From assembly GCA_038204565.1 (NCBI GenBank), contig JBBRCU010000011.1:1511-65510 (forward strand): 64,000 bases of DNA. Reading direction: 5' to 3'. Below are positions 43,859 to 54,104 of this stretch, in pieces (positions within the stretch are counted from its first letter, which is position 1; each line of letters starts with the position of its first letter). This DNA is from Candidatus Limnocylindrales bacterium. GTDB lineage: Bacteria > Chloroflexota > Limnocylindria > Limnocylindrales > CSP1-4. The notes beneath the pieces are model-generated. The model made no database searches and was not told the origin of the DNA. It saw only the letters and a list, made by a program, of their open reading frames with translations. The position numbers and the translations under genes were made by a program.

Positions 43859-44587
43859 TCAGCCGAGCGTGCTGCCGGGCGTGGTCGTGTGGACGACCAC
43901 GTGCCCCAGCCCGCGCTCCGCGAGGGCCGCCCGAAGCTGACCCGGCGTGCCGGCGAGGAGCCCGAACGTGCCGTAGTGCATCGGCGCGACGTCGCTGACG
44001 CCGAGCAGCTCCACCGCCTGCGCGGCACCGACAGGATCCATCGTGAAATGGCCGCCGATCGGCAGGAAGGCAAGGGTTGGTCGGTAGCGCTCGGCGATCA
44101 GTCGCATGTCCGAGAAGACGTCCGTGTCGCCCGCGAAGTAGAACCGGTACCCGTCCTCGAGCTCGACGATGAACCCGACCGGCTCGCCGAGGTAGATCGG
44201 CGCCTCAGCTCCGGCGTAGATGTCGCCGGCCGAGTGATCGGCTCGGACCATCGTGATCTTCAGGCCGGCGGCCTCGACGGTCCCGCCCTTGTTCATCCCG
44301 ATCAGACGGTCCTTGTGGGCGAAGTTCCGGCCGAGCCACAGGCTCATCTCGTGGATGCACGGCCAGATCGGCCGGGTCCGGCTGGCGATCGAGAGGGCGT
44401 CGTGGAAGTGGTCGTCGTGGCCGTGGGTCGCGAGGAGGACGTCGCAGTGCTCGACGGCGGCGGGCGGCTTCGGGCTCAGGGGGTTGCCGTACCACGGGTC
44501 GAAGATGACCGTCTTCCGGCCGGGCGTCGTGAGCTCCCAGCAGGAGTGTCCGAACCAGGTGAACGTGGCGGCGGGGCTCAGGGCCAT
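43859..44587 (-). CDS. Metallo-beta-lactamase-fold hydrolase (UPF0173-like)
   Basis: FTWFGHSCWEL and LATHGHDDH (HxHxDH). GAGG lies 6 nt before ATG 44587. Confidence 0.85.
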   Translation of the reverse strand: MALSPAATFTWFGHSCWELTTPGRKTVIFDPWYGNPLSPKPPAAVEHCDVLLATHGHDDHFHDALSIASRTRPIWPCIHEMSLWLGRNFAHKDRLIGMNKGGTVEAAGLKITMVRADHSAGDIYAGAEAPIYLGEPVGFIVELEDGYRFYFAGDTDVFSDMRLIAERYRPTLAFLPIGGHFTMDPVGAAQAVELLGVSDVAPMHYGTFGLLAGTPGQLRAALAERGLGHVVVHTTTPGSTLG

Positions 44588-44767
44588 GGTCATCCTCAGC
44601 TGGCTTGGCGGCATCGGCGGGGCGCATCAGGCCCGCGGCCCGAGCGGATGCGCCCCGATGATCGCTCGCCGCGAGCCGGCCTGCAGGACTCGCGGGATTC
44701 GGCGGGGCCGTCAGCGCCGCGCCGCGCTGGCGGCGGTCTCGAGGGGCCCCTCCGCTACACTCGCCCG

Positions 44768-45604
44768 GTGCCTGCCGAACGGATCGCCGAGAACCTCGCG
44801 TATATCAACTGGACGGTCCTGACCGGGCTGGCGTTCGGGTCGTTCGCCGCTGTTGTCCTCGCCCGCTTGCGGACTGACGCGACCCGCGGCTTCCTGTCGT
44901 TCACGGCCGCCTGCGCGGTCGCCCTCGGGATCCTTGCCTTCCTCTCGGACCAGGCTCTGCCGATTGCCGCCGGGGGCGGGCCGATCCGGTTCGATCCGGC
45001 CTTCGACCAACCGCGTCGCCTCGCCCTCGGATTGTTCTGCGTCCTGGCCGCCGTGTACGTGGTCCGCCTGGCCCGGGGGAACCGCGCTCCGCTGGTCGCC
45101 GCCGCCGCGATGGCCGCCGCCGCCGCGACCCTCCTCTGCGGGGCCTTCGGCTGGGGCGGTGGGATCCTCGTCGCGATCCCCCTCCTCGTCCAGCTCGTCG
45201 TCCTGGCCCTGGCGACCGGTGGCGTCCTTGCCGCGATGATCCTGGGCCACTGGTATCTCGTGACCCCGAAGTTGCCCGAGGCACCGCTGATCCTGATCTC
45301 GCGCCTGCTCCTGGCGGTTCTCGGGCTGCAGGTCGTGCTGTTCGCCGTATGGGCGGCGACCGGTGCCGGTCCCGGCGGCGGCGGGCCGTTCACCGTTCTC
45401 GTCGGGCCGTGGGCGATGTTCGTCTGGCTCCGTTTGATCGTCGGCCTGATCTTCCCGCTGATCGTGTCATGGGCGGCGGTCCAGACCGCCCGGAGCCGTT
45501 CCATGGAGTCGGCGACGGGCCTCCTCTACATCAACGTCGGGACCATCGCTGCCGGCACGATTCTCGCCGCCGGCCTGTTTTTCGGGGCGGGTCTGCTCGT
45601 CTGA
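44768..45604 (+). CDS. Integral membrane protein, unknown function
   Basis: GTG 44768; 7-8 hydrophobic segments; high GC3. Upstream parts of the 43499-45604 ORF are antisense to real genes. Confidence 0.6.
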   Translation: MPAERIAENLAYINWTVLTGLAFGSFAAVVLARLRTDATRGFLSFTAACAVALGILAFLSDQALPIAAGGGPIRFDPAFDQPRRLALGLFCVLAAVYVVRLARGNRAPLVAAAAMAAAAATLLCGAFGWGGGILVAIPLLVQLVVLALATGGVLAAMILGHWYLVTPKLPEAPLILISRLLLAVLGLQVVLFAVWAATGAGPGGGGPFTVLVGPWAMFVWLRLIVGLIFPLIVSWAAVQTARSRSMESATGLLYINVGTIAAGTILAAGLFFGAGLLV

Positions 45605-45659
45605 GCGCTCGGCCGGTCGCGGATCGGTCGGACCGCCGCACGCCGTGGTTGGAGGAACG

Positions 45660-46316
45660 ATGAAGGACGACAAGGCCTGGGTCCCCGGCGCGGCCGAGGC
45701 GCGCTGGATCGAGGGATTGGCGATGCCTCAGCCGGCCGCCCTTGCCGCGATCGAGGCGGCGGCCGAGCCCGGCGACATCCCGATCGTCGACCGTGAGAGT
45801 GGCCGAGCGCTGGCGGCGCTCGCCGCCGGCCGCCGGCGGATCGTCGAGGTCGGCACGGCCTACGGCTACTCGACCCTGTGGCTGGCCCTCGGCCAGCCGG
45901 CCGACGGGACGATCGTCACCATCGATCCCGATCGCGCGAGGACCGATCTTGCCCGGGGCTGGTGGCGCCAGGCCGGGATCGCGGATGAGCGGATCACGGT
46001 CGTCAACGCCAGGGCGCTCGAGGCGTTCCAGCGCGCCGATCCCGTTCTGGCGGGGCCGTTCGACCTGGCCTTCATCGACGCCCTCAAGCCGGAATACGGG
46101 GGCTATCTCGAGGCGTTGATCCCACGGCTCGCCCCGGGCGCACTCATCGTCGCCGACAATGTCCTCTGGAGCGGCCGGGTCCTCGACCCGAACGTGGCTG
46201 ACGCGAACACAGCCGCCCTGCGGGACTTCGACAGGGCGGTCCTCGGCGACCCCCGGTTCAACGCCACGATCCTGCCGATCGGCGATGGGCTGCTGATCGC
46301 CGGGCTGCGCGGCTGA
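45660..46316 (+). CDS. Class I SAM-dependent O-methyltransferase (caffeoyl-CoA OMT/YrrM-like)
   Basis: GGAGGAACG precedes ATG 45660. SAM motif RIVEVGTAYGYSTLWLA, then DLAFIDA and ADNVLW. Confidence 0.85.
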   Translation: MKDDKAWVPGAAEARWIEGLAMPQPAALAAIEAAAEPGDIPIVDRESGRALAALAAGRRRIVEVGTAYGYSTLWLALGQPADGTIVTIDPDRARTDLARGWWRQAGIADERITVVNARALEAFQRADPVLAGPFDLAFIDALKPEYGGYLEALIPRLAPGALIVADNVLWSGRVLDPNVADANTAALRDFDRAVLGDPRFNATILPIGDGLLIAGLRG

Positions 46317-46387
46317 CCAGTCGTGGCCAGTGCACCGACGACCGGACGGCACGGGTGGGGACGACCTGCGATCCGGCGGTCCCCGGC

Positions 46388-47152
46388 GTGAGGATCCGCG
46401 TCCGGCTGTTTGCGATCCAGCGCGAGCTCGCGGGAACCCGTGAGGTGCCGCTCGAGCTGGGCCCGGGCGCCACGGTCGACGACGCCTGGGCGGCCGTCGC
46501 CGCGCGGTTCCCGGTCCTCGGCCCGGGTCGAGCCTCGGTTCGGTTCGCCCGCAACGGGGACTACGCGGAGCCGACGACGACCCTGGCCGACGGAGACGAA
46601 GTGGCCTTCATCCCGCCGGTCAGTGGCGGCTCCGGCGAAGCTGCGGCCGTGGCGCCGGGGCGGCGGCGCATCCTCGAGCTGCGCGACGCCCCGTTCAGCT
46701 CGACCATCCTCGCCGATCTCGAGGCCCGCCTCGCCACCGATGCCGATGGCGCGGTCGTCGGGTTCGTCGGCAGGACGCGGCTCTCGCCCGGGACGCCGGC
46801 GCCGGGCCAGGAGGGAGAGGCGTCCCGCCACGCCGGCCGATCGGTCGAGTCGCTCGGCTACGAGGCGCACGAGACGATGGCGATCCGGGTCCTCGACACG
46901 ATCGCAGCAGAGATCGAGGAGCGGTTCGGTGTCGAACGCCTTGCAATCGTCCATCGCACGGGCGAGGTCCCCCTGGGCGAGGCGAGCATCGTCGTGGTGG
47001 CCGTGTCGCCACATCGCGACGCGGCCTTCCAGGCGGCGCGCTACGCGATCGACGAGACGAAGGCCCGCGCCCCGATCTGGAAGGCTGAGCGGTTCGCCGA
47101 CGGCCATGTCTGGATCGGCGCGCCCGCCCGAAGCGGACCCGAGCCCGGCTGA
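46388..47152 (+). CDS. Fused molybdopterin synthase MoaD-MoaE (MoaX-like)
   Basis: The N-terminal 80 aa form a ThiS/MoaD fold ending in IPPVSGG. A linker is followed by MoaE motifs (VGFVGRTR, GYEAHETMA, VAVSPHRDAAF, APIWKAE). Confidence 0.85.
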   Translation: MRIRVRLFAIQRELAGTREVPLELGPGATVDDAWAAVAARFPVLGPGRASVRFARNGDYAEPTTTLADGDEVAFIPPVSGGSGEAAAVAPGRRRILELRDAPFSSTILADLEARLATDADGAVVGFVGRTRLSPGTPAPGQEGEASRHAGRSVESLGYEAHETMAIRVLDTIAAEIEERFGVERLAIVHRTGEVPLGEASIVVVAVSPHRDAAFQAARYAIDETKARAPIWKAERFADGHVWIGAPARSGPEPG

Positions 47153-47275
47153 CCGGGCCTGCCGCCGCGATCGAGCCGCGCGGGGGATGATCGGGATCGG
47201 AGATTCGGTCATTTCGGGACCTGCTGCTCGGACTGGCTGCCCAGCGCCGCGCCAACTGACGCCATACTGCGGTCG

Positions 47276-48856
47276 ATGACGACCGATCTCGGCCCGCTCG
47301 ACCGCCTCGCCGACCACGCCGCCTCCCTCGCGGGTGCGTGGGCCGGTCGCGCCCGGGCCTCGACGACCGTCGGCCGGGAGCGGGCAATGCTCCGGATGAT
47401 CGGGGTCCACGGCCTCGACGCGGCCGGCCGTCCACTTGCCTGGTCGGTCGTCGATCGCTACCTCGCCGGCGGAGCGGACCGGTTGGGCGGAGGGCTGCTC
47501 CTACCGTTCGCGATGGCTCTTGCCGAATATGACCTCGACCCGCAGCGTCTCGCCCTCGATGCGGCGTCCGGCGCGGTCGACCTCGGGATGGAGGCCCTTC
47601 TCCTGAGCGAGCCGGACCGGCGAGCGATTGCCGAGGAGGAGGCCCGCCGTCTCGTCGCGGCCGCAGTCGAACGGATCGACGCGAACCGGACCGCCCGAAC
47701 CGAGCTGCTCGACGTCCTCGGTGATCCGGCTCGGCCCTGGATCGGCGCCGCGATCGGCGAGCCGGACCTCGCCGGCGCGCTCGACGCCGCCAGGGCCGCC
47801 GTCGACGCCGGCGCCGACCTCGTCCAGATCGATGTCCCGATCGGCCGGGAGCTGACGGAGAGACTTCGCCGGGCGGGTCAGGTCGCTCCTTCGTGGCAGC
47901 CCAGGCCAAGCCGTGCGGGACCCGACCTGGCCGAGTCCGAGCAGGTCCCGAGTGGCAGCCAGCGGGCCTTGGGCAGCCTCCGTCGCGACCTCGACGAGGC
48001 CGCAGCCAGGCGTCGCGGCTACGTCCGGCTCGGAATCGTGCCACCCGCCCTCGGCGCGCCGGAGAGCGCGATCGTTGCTGCGTTCGAGCGCATCGACATC
48101 ATGGCCTCGGATCCGCTGGCCGAGATCGTCGATGGCCACGTGGCACCGGACCGGGCCCTTGCCGACCACGCCTTCGGCCAGTCCCTCCTGGCCCGGGCCG
48201 GGGTTACCGTCGTGCTCGGGGCGGGACCCCTCGTCGTGGGCCCCGATATCGCCCGGGGAATGCCTTCGAGCCCGTCGTCGCGAGCCGGCCGCGCCCTGGC
48301 CCTCCAGCTCGTGGCCGCCGCGATCGCCCGAGGCAATGGGTTGCCGAACGATCAGATCATCATCGGCGGCCTGACCTCGTGGCTGGCCGGGGAGACCGAC
48401 CCCGTCGCCTTCGCCGCGGCCGAGATCGTCCTCCGCCGGCGTCTCCTCCCGGACAACGACCTCGTCCTCGGCGAACCGCTGGCCGAGGGTCGGGCCGCGG
48501 GTGAGTTGTGGCCGGCGCTCGGCGTCGCCGTTGCCCCCCGCGGACACACGGCGGCGATCCTGCGGCGGGTTCCGTCCGCGGCCGACCTCCGGACGACCCG
48601 AACCGGAGCATCGGTCGCGGCGGCCCTCGCGGCAGCGACCGGCGATCGACCGCTGAGGGGTGCTGCGCTCGCCCACGCCCGGGCGACCGCCGCCGCCGCG
48701 CTTCGGACCCTCGAGCGTCTCGCCGACGACGGCTGGCGGGCGGTGATCGGCGACGGACCGCCGGATGCGGCCGATCTCCGGATCGGGGCGGATGCGGTGG
48801 CGGAGCGCTCCGATCCGTTCGATCCGCTCGGAGCAGAACTCGGCCGGGTTGGCTGA
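47276..48856 (+). CDS. Lysine 5,6-aminomutase alpha-subunit-like (KamD-like) TIM-barrel protein
   Basis: Recalled family pattern: TTVGRERAMLRMIGVHGLD..GRPLA..VVD, RIDANRTARTELLDVLGDPARPW, AGADLVQIDVP and GYVRLG. No B12-binding beta subunit is seen nearby. Assignment is from memory of the family, not from a search. Confidence 0.45.
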   Translation: MTTDLGPLDRLADHAASLAGAWAGRARASTTVGRERAMLRMIGVHGLDAAGRPLAWSVVDRYLAGGADRLGGGLLLPFAMALAEYDLDPQRLALDAASGAVDLGMEALLLSEPDRRAIAEEEARRLVAAAVERIDANRTARTELLDVLGDPARPWIGAAIGEPDLAGALDAARAAVDAGADLVQIDVPIGRELTERLRRAGQVAPSWQPRPSRAGPDLAESEQVPSGSQRALGSLRRDLDEAAARRRGYVRLGIVPPALGAPESAIVAAFERIDIMASDPLAEIVDGHVAPDRALADHAFGQSLLARAGVTVVLGAGPLVVGPDIARGMPSSPSSRAGRALALQLVAAAIARGNGLPNDQIIIGGLTSWLAGETDPVAFAAAEIVLRRRLLPDNDLVLGEPLAEGRAAGELWPALGVAVAPRGHTAAILRRVPSAADLRTTRTGASVAAALAAATGDRPLRGAALAHARATAAAALRTLERLADDGWRAVIGDGPPDAADLRIGADAVAERSDPFDPLGAELGRVG

Positions 48857-48914
48857 TCGAGGACGGCCGTCGGCCGTGGCCGGGTCGGCTCAGCGCATCG
48901 GGCGGGGCCGGCGG

Positions 48915-49181
48915 TCAGCCGCCCGACACCGCCGGGATCACATGGACGGTTGAATCCGCCCGGAGCGGCGTGTCGAGTGATGCCTGTGTCCCGTCGACGA
49001 ACACGTTGATGTGCTCGCGGAGGACCGGACCGCTGTCGACCAGCCGGTTGCGCACGCCGGGCGTCAGCTGGTCGAGCTGGTCGATCGCCTCTCGGACCGT
49101 GGCCGCGTCGACCTTCGTCGTGCGCTCCGTGCCCGGGATCAGCGACACGAGCGAGCGGGGCAGGATGACGGTGACCGTCAT
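48915..49181 (-). CDS. MoaD/ThiS-family ubiquitin-like small protein (C-terminal GG)
   Basis: 88 aa ending in ...TVHVIPAVSGG-stop. VFVDG...D is typical of the ThiS/MoaD beta-grasp fold. Confidence 0.75.
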   Translation of the reverse strand: MTVTVILPRSLVSLIPGTERTTKVDAATVREAIDQLDQLTPGVRNRLVDSGPVLREHINVFVDGTQASLDTPLRADSTVHVIPAVSGG

Positions 49182-49184
49182 CGA

Positions 49185-50261
49185 TCAGTCGACCTCGACC
49201 GCCTGGACGCCCCAGATCGGCGGCAGGTTGTCGGCGATCCGCTCCCAGGAGGCGCCTTCGTCGGTCGAGCTGTAGAGCTGGCCCGTGCTCGTACCGAAGT
49301 AGACCCCGGCCGGATTGCCGCGGTCGACCGAGAGGGCCTCGCGCAGTACGCCGACAAAGGCGTGGTCCTGGGGCAGGCCGGTCGCCTGGCGTTCCCAGTG
49401 GTCGCCGCGGTCGCGGGTCCGCCAGACCGCGAGCGCGCCGTCCGGCGCGTAGCGGCCCTCTTCGGGGTTGCTCAGGGGAATGACCCACGCGGTAGCGGCG
49501 TCACGCGGATGCGTCCCGATGACGAATCCGAACTCGGACGACAGGCCGGCGCTGATGTCCTCCCAGCTCACTCCCGCGTCACGCGAGCGGTAGACCCCGC
49601 AATGGTTCTGCTGGTAGAGGCTGTCCGGTTCGCCCGCGGCCATCACGAGCTTGTGGACGCACTGCCCGGTCTCCGGATGCGGATCCGGCAGGAAGCAGGC
49701 CGCGACGCCGCGGTTGCGGGCCTCCCAGGTGGCACCACCGTCCGCCGTGGCGAACGTCCCAACGGCGCTGATCGCGACCCACATCTTCTCGGGGACGGTC
49801 GGATGCGGCACGATCGTATGGCAGATCAGGCCGCCGGCGCCGGGCTGCCAGCCGGGGTCCTGGCGGCTCGGATGGTCGCGCAGCGCTTTGACGTGGCTCC
49901 ACGTGGCTCCCCCGTCGTCGCTCCGGAACAGGCCCGCCGGCTCGACCCCGGCATAGATCGAGCCGTTCGCCGGCGTGACGTTCCAGACCGCAGGGATCTT
50001 CGGACCATCGTCGCCATAGGTCAGGCCCTCGGACGAGTGCGTCCATGTCGTGCCTAGGTCGTCGCTCCGGAAGACAGCCGCCCCGAACCATGGCGAGCCT
50101 GCACCGGCGTAGATCGAGCGGGTCGCGGGATCCCACTGCAGGTCGTGGATCGGCCAGCCCTCGCAAAGTGGCTCCGAGATCGCCCAGGAGCGGCGGTCGC
50201 TGCCGCCATCGAGGATGAAGGCGCCCTTGCGGGTGCCGACAAGGAGCAGCGTCCGGGTCAT
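49185..50261 (-). CDS. BNR/Asp-box repeat beta-propeller protein (sialidase-fold, no signal peptide)
   Basis: Six Asp-box-like motifs: SDDLGTTW, SDDGGATW, TADGGATW, SRDAGVSW, TRDRGDHW, STDEGASW. The stop lies 3 nt upstream of the MoaD-like start. Confidence 0.8.
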   Translation of the reverse strand: MTRTLLLVGTRKGAFILDGGSDRRSWAISEPLCEGWPIHDLQWDPATRSIYAGAGSPWFGAAVFRSDDLGTTWTHSSEGLTYGDDGPKIPAVWNVTPANGSIYAGVEPAGLFRSDDGGATWSHVKALRDHPSRQDPGWQPGAGGLICHTIVPHPTVPEKMWVAISAVGTFATADGGATWEARNRGVAACFLPDPHPETGQCVHKLVMAAGEPDSLYQQNHCGVYRSRDAGVSWEDISAGLSSEFGFVIGTHPRDAATAWVIPLSNPEEGRYAPDGALAVWRTRDRGDHWERQATGLPQDHAFVGVLREALSVDRGNPAGVYFGTSTGQLYSSTDEGASWERIADNLPPIWGVQAVEVD

Positions 50262-50357
50262 GCGCGTTCCTCAACGGTTGGTGGCTGTCGGTCGTTCAGA
50301 CGACGGGCGGGTGCAGAACTCATCGACATCGCGGGCGGCGAGTGGGCGGGCTCCCCT

Positions 50358-50822
50358 TCACTGACCGGCCTTGAAGGGGTAGACGACCCAGCGGTCGGTG
50401 GTGACCGCGTGATGGTCCGGGGCGCCGGGCACCTTCGAGCGGGCCGGCTTGTAGTGGAGGACGGCGGTCGTCGGCTCGCCGCCGGCCTGGTGGACGCGCT
50501 CGGTGACGGCGTGGATCGTCGTCCCGCTGTCCCAGACCTCGTCGACGACGAGGACTCGCTGGCCGCGGAGGATCGGGTCGGCCGGAAACTGGAGGAACGT
50601 CGGGTGCGGGCCGGGCTTGCCCTCGTCGTCGTAGTACTCGACGGCCGCGACGAGGATGTTCCGGATGCCGAGCCGGTACGCCAGCATTCCGGCCGGGACG
50701 AGCCCGCCGCGAGTGATCGCGAGCATGACGTCGTACTCGCCTCTGACTTGGGTCGCGAGCTCCGCGACCATCGTCGCCAGGGCGTCCCAGGTGACGATGT
50801 CCTTGTCGGTTGCGACGCCCAT
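50358..50822 (-). CDS. gpt: Xanthine-guanine-type purine phosphoribosyltransferase
   Basis: IVTWD, AITRGGLVPAGMLAYRLGIR and the PRPP motif VLVVDEVWDSGTT. The length (154 aa) and order of motifs resemble E. coli Gpt. Confidence 0.8.
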   Translation of the reverse strand: MGVATDKDIVTWDALATMVAELATQVRGEYDVMLAITRGGLVPAGMLAYRLGIRNILVAAVEYYDDEGKPGPHPTFLQFPADPILRGQRVLVVDEVWDSGTTIHAVTERVHQAGGEPTTAVLHYKPARSKVPGAPDHHAVTTDRWVVYPFKAGQ

Positions 50823-50891
50823 CGTTCCGCCTGCTCCTCGCTGCTTCGTCCTTGCTGCTTTGCCCTCGCCGCGCGCAGTTTGCGGCTGCCC

Positions 50892-52907
50892 TCAGCCCTT
50901 GCCCGGCCCCGTCGGCCCGGCGATCCGGATCGCGTCGATCGTGGTCGGGTCGTCGAGGGCCGAGAGGTCGCCGGGGTCGAGGCCGAGCCAGGCCGCTCGC
51001 ACGACACGCCGCATGATCTTGCCCGATCGCGTCTTGGGCAGCGCCGGCACGACGGCGATTGCCTCGGGCTTGAGCGTCTTGCCGAGGTCCTCGACGACCC
51101 GCCGGGCGATGGCAGCGCGAAGGGCGTCGTCGTCGGTCTCCCCGCGGCGGAGGGTACAGACGACGACGATGGTCTCGCCCTTGACCGCATGGGGAACGCC
51201 GATCGCGGCAGCCTCGACGACGCTCGGGTGGGCCGTGGCCGCCGCTTCGACCTCGGCCGGGCCGACCCGCTTGCCGGCGACCTTGAGCGTGTCGTCGGAG
51301 CGGCCGCGGATGTACCAGTAGCCGTCGGCATCGACGATCGCCCAATCGCCGTGGACCCACGTCCCTGGAATTCGCCTCCAGTAGGCCTCGACGTAGCGGT
51401 CTGGATCGAGCCAGAAGCCGCGGGTCATGCCCGGCTGCGGGGCGCGGATGACGAGCTCCCCGACCTCCCCGCGGAGGGGGCGCCCGGCCAGGTCGACGAC
51501 GTCCGCGGCGGTCCCGACGCACGGCCCGTTGAAGGAGATCGGCTTGATCGGCGTGATCAGGTTGCAGCCCACGATGCCGCCGCTCACCTCTGTGCCGCCG
51601 GAGTAGTTCACGACCGGTAGCCGTCCACCGCCCACTTCGCCGAAGTACCACGACCAGCTCTCGGGATCCCACGGCTCACCTGTCGAGCCGAGGACCCGGA
51701 GGGCCGAGCGATCGTGGGCGTGGACGGGTTCCGTCCCGTGCGGGATCAGCGCCCGGACGACGGTCGGGCTGAGGCCGAGATGCGTCACGCCATGACGGGC
51801 GGCCAGCGCCCACAGCCGATCCGGGCCCGGGAAGTCCGGCGCGCCCTCGTAGAGGACGAGCCGGGCGCCGCGAAGGAGTGACCCGGAGATCGCCCACGGA
51901 CCCATCATCCAGCCGAGGTCGGTGAACCAGAAGAGCGCGTCGCCGGCCCGCAGGTCGAAGGTGTGGGCGAGGTCCTGGGCGGCCTTGATCGGGAACCCGC
52001 CGTGGACATGGACCGCGCCCTTCGGCTTGCCCGTCGTGCCGGACGTGTAGATCAGCATGTAGGGCGTTTCGGGGTCGGTCTCGGCGACCGGTTCCGGGCC
52101 GCCCTCAGCGAGGATCGCGGCTCGCGCCGCGTCGAGCCCCTCATCCCACCAGCGGTCGCGCTCGGGGTTCCACGGGGTCGCGGGCGCTCGCTCGCCCAGG
52201 CGCCGGACGACGATCAGGCGACGGACGGTCGGAGCGAGGGCGGCGGCCTCGTCGGCGACGGCCTTCATCGATATCACCGCGCCGCGCCGAAGGAAGCCGT
52301 CGGCGGTCACGAGGATGCTCGCCTCGCAGTCCTGGAGCCGGGCGGCGACAGCCGGGGCGCCATAGCCCGAGAAGATTGGGCTGAAGATCGCGCCGATCCG
52401 GCCGAGGGCGAGAGTCGCGACCACGGTTTCCACGAGCATCGGCAGGAAGATGCCGACCCGGTCACCCGCCCGGACGCCCTGGTCGACGAACATCCGGGCC
52501 GCCGTCTCCACCTCCGCGAGGAGCTGCGCATTCGTCAGCCGCCGGACGTCGCCGTCCTCGCCCTCCCAGGCGATCGCCTCTCCGCCCGGGTCGCGGGCCG
52601 CGCGCGGGGCGGTCGACGCTTCGGCGTGGTTGAAGGCGCCGCCGCGCCACCAGCGAGTCCATTCCGGCCCGCCGCTGGCGTCCATCACCTGGTCGGGCTG
52701 ATGCTGCCAGGCGAGGTCGAGGTCCGCCGCGGCGGCACCCCAGAACCAGCCCGGATCGCGGACGGCGCGCGCCTGGAGTGCCTCGAGATCGGGCTCGCGA
52801 GTGGTCCGCAGGAAGCGGGCGAGCCGCGCGTCGGCGAGGAGCTCGGCGCCGGGACGCCACGCGGCATCCGGGACGTCGCGGCCGAAGGTCGGGCGGTCGG
52901 TTGGCAC
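50892..52907 (-). CDS. AMP-forming acyl-CoA synthetase (acetyl/acetoacetyl-CoA synthetase-like)
   Basis: [25 protein letters not shown] and [11 protein letters not shown]. Confidence 0.9.
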   Translation of the reverse strand: MPTDRPTFGRDVPDAAWRPGAELLADARLARFLRTTREPDLEALQARAVRDPGWFWGAAAADLDLAWQHQPDQVMDASGGPEWTRWWRGGAFNHAEASTAPRAARDPGGEAIAWEGEDGDVRRLTNAQLLAEVETAARMFVDQGVRAGDRVGIFLPMLVETVVATLALGRIGAIFSPIFSGYGAPAVAARLQDCEASILVTADGFLRRGAVISMKAVADEAAALAPTVRRLIVVRRLGERAPATPWNPERDRWWDEGLDAARAAILAEGGPEPVAETDPETPYMLIYTSGTTGKPKGAVHVHGGFPIKAAQDLAHTFDLRAGDALFWFTDLGWMMGPWAISGSLLRGARLVLYEGAPDFPGPDRLWALAARHGVTHLGLSPTVVRALIPHGTEPVHAHDRSALRVLGSTGEPWDPESWSWYFGEVGGGRLPVVNYSGGTEVSGGIVGCNLITPIKPISFNGPCVGTAADVVDLAGRPLRGEVGELVIRAPQPGMTRGFWLDPDRYVEAYWRRIPGTWVHGDWAIVDADGYWYIRGRSDDTLKVAGKRVGPAEVEAAATAHPSVVEAAAIGVPHAVKGETIVVVCTLRRGETDDDALRAAIARRVVEDLGKTLKPEAIAVVPALPKTRSGKIMRRVVRAAWLGLDPGDLSALDDPTTIDAIRIAGPTGPGKG

Positions 52908-52982
52908 GAGGAGAGCCTACGACAGCCGCCCACCGCCGGGTTGCCGCGTGGACCAGTCGCCTCGCGGCGCTACCCTTGCGAC

Positions 52983-54050
52983 ATGGCCGCGCCGCCGCCC
53001 CCGATCGACCTCCGCTCCGACACTGTAACCCGGCCGACCGCCGCGATGCGCGAGGCGATGGCCGGCGCCGCCGTCGGCGACGACCAGTTCGGCGAGGACC
53101 CGTCGATCAACCGCCTCCAGGAGCGAGTCGCGGCGATGCTCGGTCATGAAGCGGCGCTCTGGTTCCCGACCGGGACGATGGCCAACCAGGTCGCGATCCG
53201 GACCCTGACCCGGCCCGGTGACGAGGTTCTCGCGCCGCGCGAGGCCCACATCCTCTGGCACGAGACCGGCGCGGCCGCTGCCAACAGCGGAGTCCAGATC
53301 AGTGAGATCGGGCCAATCGGGAACACCGGCCGGTTCACGGTCGAGGAGTTCCTGGCCGCCCGCAAGGCGCGCGGCCACATGCTCCTGCCACCGACGACGG
53401 TGGTCGATGTCGAGAACACCCACAACCGCGCCGGCGGTGTGGTCATTGATGTCGCGACCGGCGCGGCGATCGCCGCGGCGGCCCGTGACCACGATGTGGC
53501 GAGCTTCCTCGACGGGGCGCGGCTGTGGAACGCTGCGGTTGCCCTCGGCGTCGACGTCGGCGAGCTGGCCGGCCCGTTCGACGTCGTCAACGTCGCCTTC
53601 TCGAAAGGACTCGGCGCACCGGGCGGCTCGATGCTCGCGGGTTCGCGCGCGTTCGTCGCGGCAGCGACCCGCTATCGGCGGATGGCCGGCGGGGCGATGC
53701 GTCAGGTCGGGATCTTCGCTGCTGCGGCCGAGTACGCCCTGGACCATCACCTGGACCGCCTCGCCGCCGACCATGCCAACGCCCGACTGCTCGCCGAGCG
53801 TCTCGCCGCGAGCCCGGCGATCGAGCTTGACCTGGCAACGGTCCAGACCAACATCGTCCTGTTCCGGCTCGCACCGGGGGTCCCGGATTCGCCGGCGGTG
53901 GTCGCGGCGGCCCGCGAGGCCGGGGTCCTCCTTGCCGCGTTCAGTGCCCGTTCAATCCGGGCGGTGACGCACCTCGATGTGACCCGCGAGCAGGTTGTCG
54001 ACGCCGCCCAGCGCCTGGTCGCGGTCGCCGCGTCGGCTGTCAACGTCTGA
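52983..54050 (+). CDS. Low-specificity L-threonine aldolase (PLP-dependent)
   Basis: [22 protein letters not shown], and [11 protein letters not shown] (PLP-Lys). Confidence 0.85.
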   Translation: MAAPPPPIDLRSDTVTRPTAAMREAMAGAAVGDDQFGEDPSINRLQERVAAMLGHEAALWFPTGTMANQVAIRTLTRPGDEVLAPREAHILWHETGAAAANSGVQISEIGPIGNTGRFTVEEFLAARKARGHMLLPPTTVVDVENTHNRAGGVVIDVATGAAIAAAARDHDVASFLDGARLWNAAVALGVDVGELAGPFDVVNVAFSKGLGAPGGSMLAGSRAFVAAATRYRRMAGGAMRQVGIFAAAAEYALDHHLDRLAADHANARLLAERLAASPAIELDLATVQTNIVLFRLAPGVPDSPAVVAAAREAGVLLAAFSARSIRAVTHLDVTREQVVDAAQRLVAVAASAVNV

Positions 54051-54104
54051 CCGCCGACGCGAGATACTTGAGTCATCCGCTCCGTTACGGGGCAGGGAGG
54101 GACG

